Positions 12,721 to 25,725 of a DNA stretch of 64,000 bases are shown in pieces; position 1 is the stretch's first letter; every line of letters begins with the position of its first letter. Source of the DNA: Octopus vulgaris (taxonomy: Eukaryota); the NCBI GenBank assembly GCA_951406725.2, contig OX597832.1, forward strand, positions 52,390,001-52,454,000, written 5' to 3'. The position numbers were made by a program, and so were the translations under genes. The notes under the pieces are model-generated. The model worked only from the letters and a program-made list of their open reading frames with translations, made no database searches and was not told where the DNA came from.

Positions 12721-12761
<41 letters not shown>

Positions 12762-12874
12762 TAATTTATATATATTTATTTTATCATAAATGCAAAACAA
12801 CACCATGGAAGAATCGACATAAGCTTGAATAATAAACCGCGATAGGTGAAACGCGGTATGGCGAGGGATTACTA
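12351..12874. mobile_element. pogo/Tigger-like MITE with a nested insert
   Basis: TA-flanked imperfect TIRs CAGTAATCCC.CG / CGAGGGATTACTA; the interior is interrupted by a (TA)n-flanked segment. Confidence 0.6.
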
Positions 12875-13185
12875 TAATACCTTCTTGCTAATGAATCAAT
12901 ACGCTAAGAGCGTCGATTTCTTTTCAATTGTTAAGCTTATAAATAATTATGGTTTCTTACATAGAGAAAATGTCTCAGTCTAGGGGGACAATACAGACAT
13001 TTTGTGTCGATTTGGGGGCATACCTACCAGTCGACTTATAACTCTCAGAAAAGAATATTTTTAATGAAATTTTCTAAAAGTGCCTTTCAGATGAGGTAGA
13101 TTACGATTGCATCGAAGTTTGTTATGAATAATAATAATGATAATAATATTAATAATAATAATAATGATAATGATAATAATAATAA

Positions 13186-13251
<66 letters not shown>

Positions 13252-13253
<2 letters not shown>

Positions 13254-13690
13254 AATACCTTGATGCAGTACCAGGCAGTTGGAAGTGTTATCATGTACAT
13301 TGTTTTGTCTTGGTATAAAAGATGGACTACAGCAAATATTCTGCTCAATACCAAAGATTTGCTTGTCAGTTGTTTGACCTTCACCAGTTGAGCACGGCCC
13401 TTAGTGGCTGACAATATGTGCATCTCTGATCACGAGCAGAAGTAGTGGGGGAGCATCATAGCCGTGTGTTGAAAGGAATTCTTAGAGGTCTGGATAATTC
13501 ACCTCTGGAAACATGGGTGGTTCGTTCAACATCCTTAATCCTTATTCAGGGACCTTTTGAGCGGGATGGGCTACTCGACCAGAAGAAAATTCTAACTGCT
13601 AGGTCATGTGCTGTTTATCTTGATATGAGATCACCATGTCGCGCAAATATGGCTGTGGTGCATGTGCCTGGTGTACCCTTATCAGATACA
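13252..13690. mobile_element. Non-coding interspersed repeat associated with (AAT)/(AGT)n; longer copy at 56861-57410
   Basis: About 430 bp of high similarity between the two loci, each starting at a trinucleotide array. Confidence 0.8.
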
Positions 13691-14258
13691 TATTATTTAA
13701 CACACACAATACATGTTTTTATGTGCTACCAATAGTTTCTTATGCTGAGAACATGCCAAATAAGGAATTATAACATGTGTAATATCCCAACACAGTCATC
13801 ATGCACTAACAACATTGTATATATATACATGCACACCGTGGCTGTGTGGTAAGAAGCTTTCTTCTCAACCACATAGTTCCGAGTTCAGTCCCACTACTTG
13901 GCACCTTCGGCAAATGTCTTCTACTATAACCTCGTGCCGACAGAAGACTTGTGAGTGGATTTGCTAGACGGAAACTTAAAGAATCCCGTCGTGTATGTAT
14001 GTATGTATGTATGTATGTATGTATGTATGTATGTATGTATGTATGTATGTATGTATGTATGTATGTATGTATGTATGTATGTATGTATGTATGTATGTAT
14101 GTATGTATGTATGTATGTATGTATGTATGTATAGAGAGAGAGAGAGAGGGAGACAGAGAGGTTATGAGAGGTAATGGTGTCAATGAGACCCAAAGGTGTC
14201 AGGTAATGCTGAATAAGTGCTATGGATAGACCATAGTTAAGCTCCAGGTTCGGTGATT

Positions 14259-14278
14259 ATGCGAATAAGGAGTTCAAG
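14259..14278 (+). CDS. Candidate first coding exon of the FAM124-like gene (MRIRSS+AG)
   Basis: ATG CGA ATA AGG AGT TCA AG|gtaggt is a phase-2 donor that joins in frame to the microexon at 23630. Supported by phase compatibility only. Confidence 0.4.
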
Positions 14279-14875
14279 GTAGGTAATATATCAGCATGTG
14301 TATATATAAAATTTTTCTTTTCCAGAATGAGCTAAAAAACATACATACATACATACATACATACATAGTTGAAACACACACAGAGATAAGCACAGACATT
14401 TAAGGCCGTTATTCTATACTTTTGGGATTATGATATCGTAAGAAATTAAGAGTGCCCCGAAAGATAGCAAAGATGAATTGTGTGTGTGTGTGTGCGTGCG
14501 TGCATGTATACACTGACAAAAATGGGCCTCTTCAGAGCTTTTTGGTAGAATAACAAAATAACGATTACACAGTACATTGTTCGTCAATACGCTTGAGTTA
14601 GGACAGAATTGAGACACAGAACTTTATATGCCTTAGTTTATAACATGAATGAAATCAACATTTACTCAAAATGTGTGAATCCTACAAGTCTATTAAGCGA
14701 TTTGTACTGTAGCAATAGTAGTACTATGGAATATCCACATATGTACTTTCGTGTTTTATAAAGTAAACTGGATAATGTATATAGAAAATGATCATGTTCA
14801 TGAAATTATTTGTGATGTAGAGTCAATCATCTATCCACAATCAGATAATAGGCATTAATAAATACGAAAAACGAA

Positions 14876-15351
14876 GATAAGATATAATAAATCTCTGAAC
14901 GAGGTATAAACAGTAACTGCACGACAATGTGAGGTATACTTGCCATCTCAATATGGCTAACCACTAAGGGTGGGTGTAACTGTAGCTTGTAGCCCCAGGA
15001 GAACATCGTCTCCAGCTGGCTTTAGGCACACTTTCTGTGCCCTTATGGTATTTGCAAAGGGAGGTCATCCTTCCCTCGTCACCCTAAGTGATACGCACGG
15101 ACTGCAGTTTGTAGGTATTGACCTGTCCTCAGCGTACGACAATCACCGGTTTTCGATGAAAGGAGTCCCAATGCAAATACTTATATCGTTTTTCCAGTAA
15201 CTTTTCGTAACTGATCACGAAAAACTGTATGCAAGCAATAATAAATCTCTGAACGCGGTATAAACAGTAACTGCACGACAATGTGAGGTATACTTGCCAT
15301 CTCAATATGGCTAACCACTAAGGGTGGGTGTTACTCTAGCTTGATAAGATA
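14876..15351 (-). mobile_element. Non-LTR retrozyme-like element (354-bp monomer, about 1.3 copies, 9-bp TSD)
   Basis: About 105-bp direct repeats at 14884-14989 and 15238-15343; GATAAGATA at 14876-14884 and 15343-15351; internal hammerhead fold; no coding capacity. Confidence 0.72.
15094..15138 (-). ncRNA. Type I hammerhead ribozyme fold (GAAA reads CAAA in this copy)
   Basis: Minus: CGUACG-CUGAGGA-C-AGGU-CAAU-ACCU-A-CAAA-CUGCAG-UC-CGUGCG, giving a 6-bp stem I, a 4-bp stem II, a palindromic stem III and a GUC cleavage triplet. Confidence 0.75.
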
Positions 15352-15770
15352 CATGTATTTTTAAACTGGTGGAAATTATAAAATCGTAGCTAGACCAAGG
15401 CTATCGTCTGAGAGAGTGGGGGAGAGAAAACTAAGCAACGGTTCTGCCGGTAAAAAGTATTGGCACAGTCGTTTAAATAGCTAAATCATGGCGCACAGAT
15501 TGTTTATTTCTAGCTGCGTACTCTGATTGGCTAAAATAATACACACGACAACAGTAACCAGTGATCGTGTAATCTGTTTAACTGGCTAAAATAAAGCTTG
15601 TGACTGGTTAAAATAACAGACGTGAAAATCAAACTGTCATCTCCTTAAGGTCGCTACATTAGCTTCTATTTTTCTCTCTAGTCTCTTCCCACGTGACCGA
15701 TAGGACAGACTGCTCGCTCTTTTTGAGTCTGACCGTGATCCGTGCAACATCGATATTCTTCCCTATAGAA

Positions 15771-16001
15771 GGCGGTGAGCGGGCAGAAACGTTAGCACGC
15801 CGGGCGAAATGCGTAGCCGTATTTCGTCTGCCGTTACGTTCTGAGTTCAAATTCCGCCGAGGTCGACTTTGCCTTTCATCCTTTCGGGGTCGATTAAATA
15901 AGTACCAGTTACGCACTGGGGTCGATGTAATCGACTTAATCCATTTGTCTGTCCTTGTTTGTCCTCTCTGTGTTTAGCCCCTTGTGGGCAGCAAAGAAAT
16001 A
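15771..16001 (+). mobile_element. Full SINE B with 15-bp TSD
   Basis: GATATTCTTCCCTAT at 15752-15766 and 16002-16016. Confidence 0.85.
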
Positions 16002-16488
16002 GATATTCTTCCCTATCTTTGTGAAACTTTTGTATCTCTGCCGTAAGGCTTCATTTCCATACACGCCAGCTTCATTCAGTTCGTCCCCAGTCGAAAGACA
16101 CCTGTTGTTATGTCCTGTTATTATTATTGTATTGTATTTATATTTGTGTAACATTGTCTGTTTTTCTGTCCTTGTTTCTGTATACATTCGATGCTTTCTT
16201 CCAAGGAATCTAATGCTCTTAGATTAGTTTTTCCTAGGGGCTGGCCAGATTGGAGCAATCTCAAGATTAATCAGCCGAAATTACGAGGATGATCTGGTTC
16301 TTGACTGAGGATAGAAAGCTTCGAATGACCCGCCCTTGTTTTTTTGTATCGTCTATCTGGATGTGTTGTTGGCCCTTTTTGTATCACCTAGTTGTCCGGA
16401 TGTTTTGCGTTCTTGTCCCATTTTGTATTATATATATATATATAGCGACGTACGTAGACTTTGTTCTCTTATATGTAAGTACACATTC

Positions 16489-16562
<74 letters not shown>

Positions 16563-16669
16563 TGAATGCAAACAAGGAAGAACAAACATGAAAAAACAAG
16601 GACGTGGTACAAGTAATTTATTATCAGACGTTTAGGACAGGAAATATATATATATATGTATGTATGTAT

Positions 16670-16779
<110 letters not shown>

Positions 16780-17234
16780 GTATCTGTGTGTATGTATATA
16801 AACGTAAATACGTGTGTGTGTGTGTGTGTACCCACATTGTCTGGAATGATACGCATGAACAACCATCAAAGAACTCAAGAACCTTTAGAACGCTTTTCAT
16901 TCAAAAGCCATTCTGACCTTCCCATTCATTCTTTGTATGTGATTCTTTGCATTCTTCACCTTCCACTCCTCGAATACATGTGTTGGTTGTTGTCCAAACT
17001 TACTAATTAACCGTTCGGGATACGGTGCAAAGCTGAAAGAAAATGGCACAATCGACCTTCCACGTGTCGAAGAAACACCACTGGCTCATGTACTGAAGCA
17101 AAATCAATAGATAATATAATAATACAAATACAGATTTTAAATTATTGAAATCCATAAACTACTTCTTACAGCTGTTTCAGCCTATTGTTAAAATTGAATC
17201 CAATTTACATTGCCTATAGATGTCAATATATTAG

Positions 17235-17312
<78 letters not shown>

Positions 17313-17789
17313 GCGTGTATCTAATTATGTGTGTCTGTGTTTGTGTTGACCTTTTTACGTTGCCGCAAATTAGCGGTTCGACAGAAAAATAAGTAGTGGG
17401 GGTCGATCTATTCGGCTATACTCTTCAAGGCGGTGCCCCAGGCATTCTATCGATGGTTCTCTGATTATTTTCAAAAGTTTGCTTTACACATTCCGTTGGA
17501 TTGTAGATCCTTTTAACTATAAAATTACTGATGTGCCTGAAGGATTAACAGAGGTACTATGTAAACGTTGCTCCAATAGTGAATCAGGGAATTTCAGGAG
17601 GCAGATATCTCATATTTAGACTGTTAAAGGAAGCAATGCCTTTCGAAAATAGCGCAAGTGGCAGTAACAAAAATACTACTGCCATTTTCAATAAACTACT
17701 TCTGATTATTTAAGAGAACAATGATATGTTTTCACATCATCTTAATCTTCAATCTCACGTCTTACGCTTTCAAATAAATAACTCTTGAA

Positions 17790-18111
17790 CATTGCTTCCC
17801 AAACTTTTTCGGGCTACATTCCTAGCACCCGCACCCCAACTAACCATCACAAACATAGGCCTCTTTCTGAAACACATTCACATAAATTTTATTTAACAAA
17901 TAAAGCTTAACCTAATCAACCCATTATTTTGTTGTTTTTACATGAATAGCTACCCCTTTATCGCCCCACTTTTTACATGAATCGCTACCCCATTATCGCC
18001 TCACTTATTACATGAATCGCTACCCTATTATCGCCCCACTTTTCTTCACCGCTCCTTTGGAAATTTCCTCCGCCCCCAGAGGGGCAATACCATCAACTTT
18101 GGGAACCACTG
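17790..18111. mobile_element. hAT (Charlie-type) MITE with 3 x 35-bp internal tandem repeat
   Basis: TIRs CATTGCTTCCCAAA / TTTGGGAACCACTG; 8-bp TSD CTCTTGAA / CTCTAGAA; repeat tacatgaatcgctacccc.ttatcgccccact at about 17938-18045. Confidence 0.75.
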
Positions 18112-18627
18112 CTCTAGAATTAACTACATTTTACTTGTTCCGCCTCGTGGTCTGGTGGTTAGGGGGTTGCACTTACGATCGCAAGATCGTGGGTTCGATT
18201 CCCGGATCAGGCGATATGTTGTGTTCTTGAGCAAAGCACTGCATCTCACGTTGACCTGCGGATCACTTCGACATCTGACGTCTGGCGCACCATGCACCTG
18301 TACAGGCAATATCGATTTGATAGAGCTTATGTGCAGCACAGGCATTTGATCCTTATAGACAATTCGTCTGTGAAGATTATTCAGCAAAAAAAAAATGAAA
18401 AAAAAAATGGCATAATCGTCTTTCTCGGACTCGAGAGACCGCCATTATTATATGATTCAGATACTCTGAATTATGGTTGTGTTATTCACTCCATTAGTAT
18501 TTGTTCTAGAGACATCCAGTAAACATGTTATCGTTTTAAGTGACAAAGATTACGACCATGATGATTACGGTGGTTATGATGAATACGAAGATGTTGCTGC
18601 TGCTGCTACTACTACTGACGATGATGA

Positions 18628-18661
<34 letters not shown>

Positions 18662-19922
18662 GGTGGTGGTGGTGGTGGTGGTGGTGATATCAGTGGAGTA
18701 AATGAGCAATGCCATGGATTTCTTTTATGTTCTTACAGAAATTACTTCCTTTACTTGTACTGCGTTTCTGTATTCTTATTCTTATTTTCAAACAAAACTA
18801 TTCAATCAGCTTTTTTCCCCAATCTTCCTTTATCAAGTAAGCATATTCTAAAAATAAATTTTCTCATCAAAGACCCTTTTTATTCTGTTTAGTGGCAGTA
18901 AAAAAAATATTCATTTTTTTTCATTCAGTATTTTGTATTCCTATTTTTCAAACATTAGTATTATTTGAAATGGCATGGAATTGAGGTTAAGAAGTTCGTT
19001 TCCTAACCATGAATCTTTTGGTTCAGTCCCACTGTGTGGCACCTTGGACTATAACCCAGGCCCGACCAAAGCTTCGTGAGTAGATTTGGTAGACGGAAAC
19101 TGAAAGATGTTCGTCCGTTTGAATATTACTGTCCAGGTGTCGAAACCATAGTGATATCTGTTAGGCAGCTGAAGATGGGAATATGTTTGATATACTTGTT
19201 TGTGAATCTTTTATATCTTGGGTGTCATCGTTATTTTAAGTCTGCCTTCATAATTGTATGGCTGAGCATGGTTTGGGGTTCATGATTTATGGTGAGTTGC
19301 ATATATTGATATTGTTTGATTGCTTCATGTATAATTTTATTTGGCTTGGATAATACTTAATAAATGGTTTCTAGTTTTTGGAAGTTCTGTGGCATATATA
19401 TACACGCACGCGAGCGTGTGTGTTGTGTTTGTCCGCCACGACCGCTTGACAACCGGCATTGGTTAGTTTACGTCCCCGTAACATAGCGCTTCAGCAAAAT
19501 AGAGACCGATAGAATAAATACCAGGCTTTAACCCTTTTAAAACGGTTGACGTAAATTTTCGCACGCAATGTACGTTCTTTAAAGCGGTCGACGTAATTAT
19601 AGGCCACCTGACTTAGAACCTATCGCCTGAGTTAGTAGAGGCCCACCACCTGCCAACTGATTGGCCGATTAGATGTTTCATGTAAATATTTACAGCCCAA
19701 TAAGCTGGTACTACCATTCCGGTTCTGTCAATTTGGTCTCACGTCCTGTTTCATGGAATTTACGGTCGTCACGCCAAGCTACACCAAGCTCAAACCACCT
19801 CACCAGTCGTTTCTTCTGGTTCGGACGATGACTCAGAGAGTGAGTATTTTTCTAGTTCACAATCAGATGATTCCGATAGTAATAATGATACTCCGGCGAA
19901 TCAAAGGTACAGGCGAGCAGCA

Positions 19923-21455
19923 GTGAATGGCTCTGGACAACAGAATATCGTGAGGCGAGCGACAGACAATTTCGTTCGACGGCATGTTTTTACTGGTACG
20001 CTTGGCATAAAGACAAACCTTGAGCATGGAAGTTCGCCATTGGAAATCTTCCGCGAGCTTTTGACGGATGAAATATTCCAGTATATAGAGGACGAAACGA
20101 TTGACTATGCTGAAAACCATCATCAGCATATCAAACCCGGGCATGGCGGTAATTGGTTACCAACCGCAGGGGACAAACTCAAAGTTCTGCTTGCCCTGCT
20201 GATACTGATGGGTATCATGAGGAAACCGACCCTGGCGTCATATTGGAATCGGGATCCAGTCACGTCGACACTCTTCTTTCCGGAAACGATGTCACGTGAT
20301 CGACTTTTGGCGCTTCTTCGAAATCTTCATTTCAACCCAGGTAAGAACCAGGATGACAGGCTGCACAAGATACGTCCTATCGTTGACGAAATGGCTGAAA
20401 ATTTCAGAATGGTGTATGTCCCCACAGAGGACTTTTGTACGGACGAGAGTTTGTGGAAATTCAAGGAAAGGCTCCGATTTAAACAATACAACCCGACCAA
20501 ACGTACCGGCTTTGGAGCCAGGGTTTGCCAATCAACTGGCAGAGGTTTTTCCAGTCAAGATTAGCCAGTCAGCAGGCAGAGCCAAAATCTTCACTGGTCA
20601 GGACAGATTGGATCTTCCAGCGTCTACTCTAGCGTCAACCGATGTCGTGTTGTCGCCGAATGAAAACTTGTTTGACAAAGCTACAATATTTTTTATGGAG
20701 AATTGGTTTTCCAGTCCAGAACTCTTCCTGAAGCAGCAAGTGAGGAGGACTAATGCTCGGGGGACTGTGAGGACGAACAGGAAAAACATGCCTCCCGATC
20801 TCCACAAGATAAAACTTCGGAAGAGGGCAACAGCATACCGATAGTGGCACCAATAGTGGCATTCTCGTTCTAGTATTACGTGACAAGAAAACCGTCTGCA
20901 TGTCATCCACAAGGCTTTCTGCAAGTATGAAGGACACTAGGAAACAAGATACAGATGGTAATGCCATACTAAAACCGAGTGTAGTTGTTTCATACAATAA
21001 GTGGATGAGCGGAGTCGATCGTTCAGATCAGTTGGCGCCGAAAACGCAAATCAATGAGAAAATTTGTGAAATGGTACAAAAAAATTTTCTTGTATTTTAG
21101 TTGGCATGTGTGTCGTGAATTCACATTTGATTTGGCGGATGCTTGGCAGTGTAGGAGATGGATTAACGTTCAGAAATCTATTATTCCGTGTAATAATAGA
21201 AGCATCAGACCTGCCAAAGTACATACCACGTGGAGGTCTCCACACCGGACTCTCTCCTCACCGCATGGTGAAAGGACGTGGACATTTTCTACTACTGTTC
21301 CTCCTCACGCCAAGAAGACAAATGCTTTGAAGAGATGCAGAGTATGTAAAGCAAAAAGGAATCGTAAGGAAACTAGATACCATTGTTCACAATGTGATAT
21401 GCCACTATGTGCGGTACCTTGTTTTGAACTTGTGATTTTGGTTTTGATCACGTGA
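19923..21455 (+). pseudogene. piggyBac transposase (PGBD-like), frameshifted
   Basis: ORF pieces with SPLEIFRELLTDEI, MSRDRLLALLRNLHF, DRLHKIRP, TDESLWKFK, ENWFSS, GTVRTNRK, YNKWMSGVDRSDQL, KWYKK and a C-terminal Cys-rich domain CRVC...CSQCDMPLCAVPCF; several frameshifts and stops. Confidence 0.9.
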
Positions 21456-21634
21456 CTTTGTCTCGATTGCTGTTATATGCCTGCAGTACGACTGCGCGGA
21501 GTTCTGCTCTGTTTGCGGCACGACGTGTTCAGTTTTGGTGTTGGTTAGTCGAGACTGTAGCAACTCGCTGCATAAAACTGTTATTGCGTTGAAGTTTGGT
21601 TTTGCTTACAATTTAGCAATCTTTGTTTGTATTG

Positions 21635-22204
21635 TATTGGGTTGTCCGGAAAGTTCGTGCCGATTTTTATAGGAAAGAAAAAGGTCAATAAATACTTGCC
21701 ATTACATTTTTAATCAACCAAATAGGAACCATTTTGTTGCACAATGCGTCTCCATCTTTCCTTTGACTTGAAAATACCCTCTTCCCAGAATTGAGGTGGT
21801 TTCATGGCAAACAATTCATCAAGGTATCTTTTTACATCATCCAAGGAATTGAAATTTTTACCATTAAGACTATTCTGCAGAGACTTGAATAAGTGGAAAT
21901 CTGAAGGAGCAATATCTGATGAATATGGAGGGTGGGGTAACACATCCCAGCCGAGCTGCAGCAATTTTTGTCTGGTTCCCAAAGCATCAAGTGCCGAAAA
22001 TGAACTTTCTTATCTTCCATTTTAAAGGGTTACAGAATTAACACAGGTTATAGGAACATAAACCTTCTTCCACGAAAAGATAGCTTAAACTGTGCTCTAA
22101 ACGGAGGTGTAGTCAAATCCTATTTTATAGACTCAACCATGTTCTAAAATAAGTCGAAAGGTAAGCTACTATAAATCGGCACGAAGTTTCCGGACAATGC
22201 AATA
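21635..22204 (-). mobile_element. Internally deleted mariner, same family and deletion as 11381-11940
   Basis: Same TIR and TA TSD; MEDKKVHFRHLMLWE fused to LGWDVLPHPPYSSDIAPSD. Confidence 0.92.
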
Positions 22205-23294
22205 GATTGCTGTATTTTTAGTCGATTAAAACCTTTTTAACTTTGATATTCGAGTTTGGGTTTATAACAGAACTCTACCACACTAAAGTCAATTTTTGAA
22301 TTCATGTGATTGTAAATAAATATATAAAGTTGATCTGACTTGTGCTGTCGAGTGATCTTATTCAGGAATGATACCGCATGAGCTTCCTGCGCAGGGATAT
22401 GGTGTAGGTAAATGAACAGTACTTGCACTAAAGCGGTTGACGTAAATATACGCTGAACGCTATCTCACGCTGAGTGCTAACCTCAATCGACGCGATTACC
22501 GTTGCCGCGCGCTGGTAACCGAATGAATCACCGCCGTAAACTGGTTAATGCGGTTGATGTAAATAAACTCCGAACCATTGTCGTGCGCTAATTGCTGATC
22601 TCAGCCGACATGATTACTTGTTTCTTTATTACCCACAAGGGGCTAAACACAGTGGAGACAAACAAGGACAGGCAGACGGATTAAGTCGATTTTATCGACC
22701 CCAGTGAATAACTGGTACTTATTCAATCGACCCCGAAAGGATGAAAGGCAAAGTCGACCTCGGCGGAATTTGAACTCAGAACGTAGCGGCAGACGAAATA
22801 CGGCTACGCATTTCGCCCGGCGTGTTAACGATTCTGCCAGCTCGCCGAGATGATTACCGTCAATGCAACCTTGTTGCTTGATGAAAAAAAAATAACCCGT
22901 TATTATGGGGTTGGAAATAATTACTGGGGGCGATCTGTTTCATTAAAACTCTTCGGGACAGTGCCCCAGCATGGCCGCAGTTCAATTATTGAAACAAAAA
23001 AAAGATAAAAGATTAAGATGTTACATAAATTGGTATTCAAAGAAAGATGCATCAGAGATTTGTTTTATATACTCTTTACTCTTTTACTTGTTTCAGTCAT
23101 TTGACTGCGGCCATGCTGGAGCACCGCCTTTTAGTCGAGCAAATCGACCTCCATGACTTATTCTTTGTAAGCCAAGTACTTATTCTATCGGTCTCTTTTG
23201 CCGAACCGCTTAGTAACGGGGACGTAAACACACCAGCATCGGTTGTCAAGCAATGCTAGGGGGACAAACACAGACACACACAAAAACACACACA

Positions 23295-23366
<72 letters not shown>

Positions 23367-23629
23367 GACAGGCTTCTTTCAGTTTCCGTCTACCAAATTC
23401 ACTCACGAGGCTTTGGTCGGCCCGAGGCTATAGTAGAAGACACTTTCCCAAGGTGCCACACAGTGGGACTGAACCCGGAACTGTGTGGTTGGTAAGCAAG
23501 CTACTTACCCCACAGCCACTCCTGCGCCTATATAATTTATATTTTTATATAATTTTTATATAATTTATTTGGTGTTTATATTCTGAATTTGTTGATTATC
23601 TGAAAAACCAATGTTGTTTATATTTTCAG

Positions 23630-23667
23630 ATCACAAAGATACAGTTCAATAGGTTCGAGCAGTGATG
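23630..23667 (+). CDS. 38-nt microexon of the FAM124-like gene (xSQRYSSIGSSSD+G)
   Basis: ttttcag| acceptor and G|gtgagt donor. The phase-1 end completes a Gly codon with the exon at 29850 and extends its Ser-rich N-terminus. Confidence 0.75.
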
Positions 23668-24092
23668 GTGAGTGTTTTTATAGCGATTCCGTGTAAAGAA
23701 ATGTGTTATTCGTGGCAAGAAATAGCCGTCGGAATGGAATTAAAATCGTCTGAGGTTGGAAGAACTGTGTGACATGAAGTGACGAGAATGGTTCTTTTGT
23801 ACCACATCGCATTGCTCTTTACAATAAGGAGAAATTTAGTGGAACAGATAAATTGCCATAGGGGAAAAAAGACACAACCGCGTAGAATGATTTAAGAGAA
23901 CAATTTTGCGCTTTTAATTGCGACGTAAAATAAATAAAATGTATATAAGTTGTGATTGAAATCAGATTGTGTATGAAACTCAGCAAGAACGGGTCTTTAT
24001 TGGGTATCAGTGGTTCTGAATCGGGGCCCATATGACCCTTGGGGGGTCACATAAGATTTTGTTTTTAAGTTTATGTCCAATAAACTGGTTGT

Positions 24093-24496
24093 GGATCTTT
24101 TCGGTTTGAACGGCAGTTTTTTAAAATAATTTCCACGTAACTAAACACTTTTAAACTTCGTATACTGGTAGAATGTGTTTATAAAAAAATCTTTTTCTCT
24201 TGGCTTTATTGAGAAAATTCTATAGTTTGTAAGATATTTGTTGTTTTTTTCTTCAATTTCAACCAATCACTGACATCTATTGAGGTAAAAAAACATTCTG
24301 TGCCGTATGAATATGTCCCTCGTTTAAGAAACAGATTGGGTTTATTTACATTTGTGAAGAAAAAAAGATACCTTTCCCCCCACCCCTAACCCTAAAACAG
24401 ATTGAATTGCAATAAATCGACACTAGGGACATAATTATGGGTGACAATTTCATATGACACCGCTAGCAAAAACTGCCGTTCAAACCGAAAAGATCC
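24093..24496. mobile_element. Merlin-like MITE, copy 1
   Basis: TIR GGATCTTTTCGGTTTGAACGGCAGTTTT; near-identical to 33589-34006 and 55669-56097. Confidence 0.8.
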
Positions 24497-24730
24497 AAGG
24501 GCTGTAATAATTTGGGGGAGGGGATGGTCGATTACATCGACCCCAGTATTCAACTGGTACTTAGTTTATCAACCCCGAAAGGATAAAAGGCGAAGTCGAC
24601 CTCGGTGGAAATTGAACTCAGAACGTAAAGACGAACAAAATTCCGCTAAACATTTCGCCCGGCGTGCTAACGATTCTGCCAGTTAACCGCTTTGATACGA
24701 TTTCTAATAATATTTAATTCTAAAATTAAA

Positions 24731-24960
24731 TATTGGGTTGTCCGGAAAGTTCCTGCCGATTCTATAGCAGCTTACCTTTCGACTTACCCTCCCAAGCACC
24801 TCAATTCTGGGAAGAGGGTACTTTCAAGTTAAAGGAAAGATGGAGACGCATTGTGCAACAAAATGGTTCATATTTGGTTGATTAAAAATGTAATGGCAAG
24901 TATTAATTGACATTTTTCTTTCCTTTAAAAACCGGCATGAACTTTCCGGACAATCCAATA
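24731..24960 (+). mobile_element. 230-bp mariner derivative
   Basis: Same TIR/TA ends as 11381-11940 with a larger internal deletion. Confidence 0.88.
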
Positions 24961-24995
24961 GGATTTTTCAAACATCAAATGGCTAGGTGAGTCCA

Positions 24996-25063
<68 letters not shown>

Positions 25064-25324
25064 GGAGAGAGAGAAGCAGGCAGGCAAGACAAAGACAGAA
25101 CTGAAACGAAAAAAAAAATATAAGAGACGACGGCGAAAGGATGGCTTGGCTTGAAAAGAACCCGATAACTGTTGATGAATGTGAAACGGTAAAAATAGAA
25201 ACTATGCAATAAAGATGGACGCTAAACGACATTCAGGATGTGACGTCAAGATGTTGCTTGAAGAAAGGATTACTAAAAAGACTTAGTTCGATTTATCTTG
25301 TGATGTTGGACAGGTGCGGCTGCT

Positions 25325-25334
25325 GCCGCTGCCA

Positions 25335-25382
<48 letters not shown>

Positions 25383-25660
25383 ATAATAATAATAATAATA
25401 ATAATATTGCTGCTACTACTACTACTGCTGCTGCTGCTACTACTACTACTACTACTACTACTGCAGCTAGTACTACTACTATTGCTGCTACTACTACTAC
25501 TACTACTACTACAACTAGTACTACTACTATTGCTGCTGCTACTACTACCACCACCACCACCACTACTACTACAACTAGTACTACTACTATTGCTGCTGCT
25601 ACTACTACCACCACCACCACTACTACTACTATTGCTGCTGCTACTACTACTACTACTTTC
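25325..25660. repeat. Compound (ACT)/(GCT)/(AAT)/(ACC) trinucleotide array with internal higher-order duplication
   Basis: Seen directly. Confidence 0.9.
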
Positions 25661-25725
25661 TTCACTATTACCTACATAGGAGTCTATATCTACTCTAGCT
25701 AATACGATGCCCTCGGGTAGAATCC

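Larger units (their letters stand above)
19532..22910 (+). mobile_element. Decayed piggyBac transposon inserted in a SINE, carrying a nested mariner and a SINE
   Basis: Left end TTAA|CCCTTTTAAAACGG, degenerate right end CCGTTATTATGGGG. SINE-A halves flank it (about 19400-19531 and 22915-23010). Confidence 0.8.

Noticed and set aside
14960-15030. Twister-like motif (UAA..AGC..CAAGC) on the minus strand
   Set aside because: P1, P4 and T1 pairings could not be completed by eye; left to a covariance-model search.
17938-18045. 3 x 35-bp repeats as a CRISPR array
   Set aside because: No spacers, eukaryotic context, and located inside a hAT MITE.
19923-21455. Domesticated PGBD gene
   Set aside because: Multiple frameshifts and stops, with transposon ends retained.
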